IMG/VR virus record: IMGVR_UViG_3300045988_068787
Span: 1-6,094 of that record
Length of the DNA stretch: 6,094 nt
Source of the DNA: a virus
Direction: 5' to 3' (one strand)
In this document: positions 5,634 through 6,094 of the stretch, piece after piece
How positions within the stretch are numbered: position 1 is the first letter of the stretch
How the letters are laid out: every line of letters begins with the position of its first letter
Translations under genes and position numbers: made by a program
The notes under the pieces: model-generated
Databases searched by the model: none
Told to the model about the DNA's origin: nothing
What the model saw: only the letters and a program-made list of their open reading frames with translations

Positions 5634-5811
5634 TATTTATCATTATTTTACTGGTTTCTACTACGCATATAATCTCAAACGTACTTGTGTCCATTGTTTC
5701 ATTTGCGATTGCTACCGCTGTTTTGTAGGTCCATTTTGCCATTAATGGGAATGTTACTACTATTCCGTTGTCTTTTCTTCTTGTGATAATTGTCCAATTT
5801 GTTGCTGCCAT
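5599..5811 (-). CDS. Hypothetical 70-aa protein
   Basis: Same-strand ORF starting 17 nt after the previous stop and ending in TAG. No motif recognised. Confidence 0.5.
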   Translation of the reverse strand: MAATNWTIITRRKDNGIVVTFPLMAKWTYKTAVAIANETMDTSTFEIICVVETSKIMINNEKENEKNCAL

Positions 5812-5828
5812 AATTTTTGAATTTAATG

Positions 5829-6011
5829 TTAATAACTCATTGATATTATTTCGAAATTATTTCCGTAGGTTTTTTTTAAATACTTTCTTGCTTGTCTTCT
5901 TGCGGCTTCTCTTGTTGTTGCTGTAAACCACATTGTGTAGATTTCGCGGTATTCTTTTGTCATGGGCACTTTAAATGTGCATCTAAATCTTGGTTTCAAA
6001 TCATTTTTCAT
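5829..6011 (-). CDS. Hypothetical basic 60-aa protein (first gene after the promoter)
   Basis: I count 14 K/R against 5 D/E (net about +9), including the helical-looking TTREAARRQARKYLKK. It has an A-rich leader with no SD. Confidence 0.5.
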   Translation of the reverse strand: MKNDLKPRFRCTFKVPMTKEYREIYTMWFTATTREAARRQARKYLKKTYGNNFEIISMSY

Positions 6012-6028
6012 AATTTATATTTTTTATT

Positions 6029-6042
6029 GTTCCACGTGGAAC
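6029..6042. repeat. 14-bp perfect palindrome GTTCCACGTGGAAC spanning the repeat boundary
   Basis: gttccacgtggaac equals its own reverse complement. In the circle it lies between the candidate promoter (33..63) and the first ATG (6011). Confidence 0.85.
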
Positions 6043-6094
6043 GGTTAATACTCTTGTTTCTTTCAACACTACAAAGATACGTAATTTTTCTGAT
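6040..6094. repeat. Terminal direct repeat, copy 2 (identical to 1..55)
   Basis: See copy 1. It includes a second copy of the -7 box (6072..6079) but not of the -33 box. Confidence 0.95.

Noticed and set aside
5676-5683. Second TAnnTTTG (TACGTTTG on the - strand) as an internal promoter for the 88-aa ORF
   Set aside because: No TTTG element lies 19-21 nt upstream, and the motif is inside the 70-aa coding sequence. A single 6-of-8-defined match is expected by chance.
1-6094. CRISPR arrays, rRNA/tRNA genes, transposases, integrases, toxin-antitoxin or defence-system genes
   Set aside because: No spaced repeat arrays are present, and no ORFs have matching size or motifs. Every ORF above 100 aa is accounted for by the microvirus core genes.

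Overview
The window is one complete, circularly permuted ssDNA phage genome of the family Microviridae. It is written as the complement of the coding (virion-sense) strand. Nt 1..55 repeat exactly at 6040..6094, so the unit genome is 6039 nt and the window is a circle opened in its main non-coding region. All convincing genes are on the - strand and tightly packed. In transcription order (high to low coordinates) they are: a candidate Bacteroidota-type promoter (33..63, upstream across the circular junction), five small ORFan genes (6011..4938), major capsid protein VP1 (649 aa), a 112-aa VP3-position protein, a structured 162-nt gap with a terminator-like hairpin, Gly-rich/coiled-coil pilot protein VP2, and HUH rolling-circle Rep VP4. 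A 363-nt non-coding region follows Rep, made of 1..335 plus 6012..6039. The large capsid, near absence of Shine-Dalgarno sites, the TTTG-N19-TAnnTTTG promoter and a lipoprotein-type signal peptide point to an Alpavirinae-like microvirus of a Bacteroidota host; that assignment is inference. I found no tRNA, rRNA, CRISPR array, integrase or recognisable lysis enzyme. Five things deserve a second look. (1) A tiny predicted lipoprotein sits among the ORFans. (2) A 55% GC hairpin island with CTGTCCTT iterons lies in the long non-coding region. (3) Both long non-coding gaps start right after TAG stops and stay open in frame, for 62 and 44 codons. (4) The VP3-like/VP2 gap holds nested, mutually exclusive hairpins and a weakly dif-like stretch. 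(5) A 14-bp perfect palindrome lies in the early leader. All homology statements come from remembered family signatures, not from searches.
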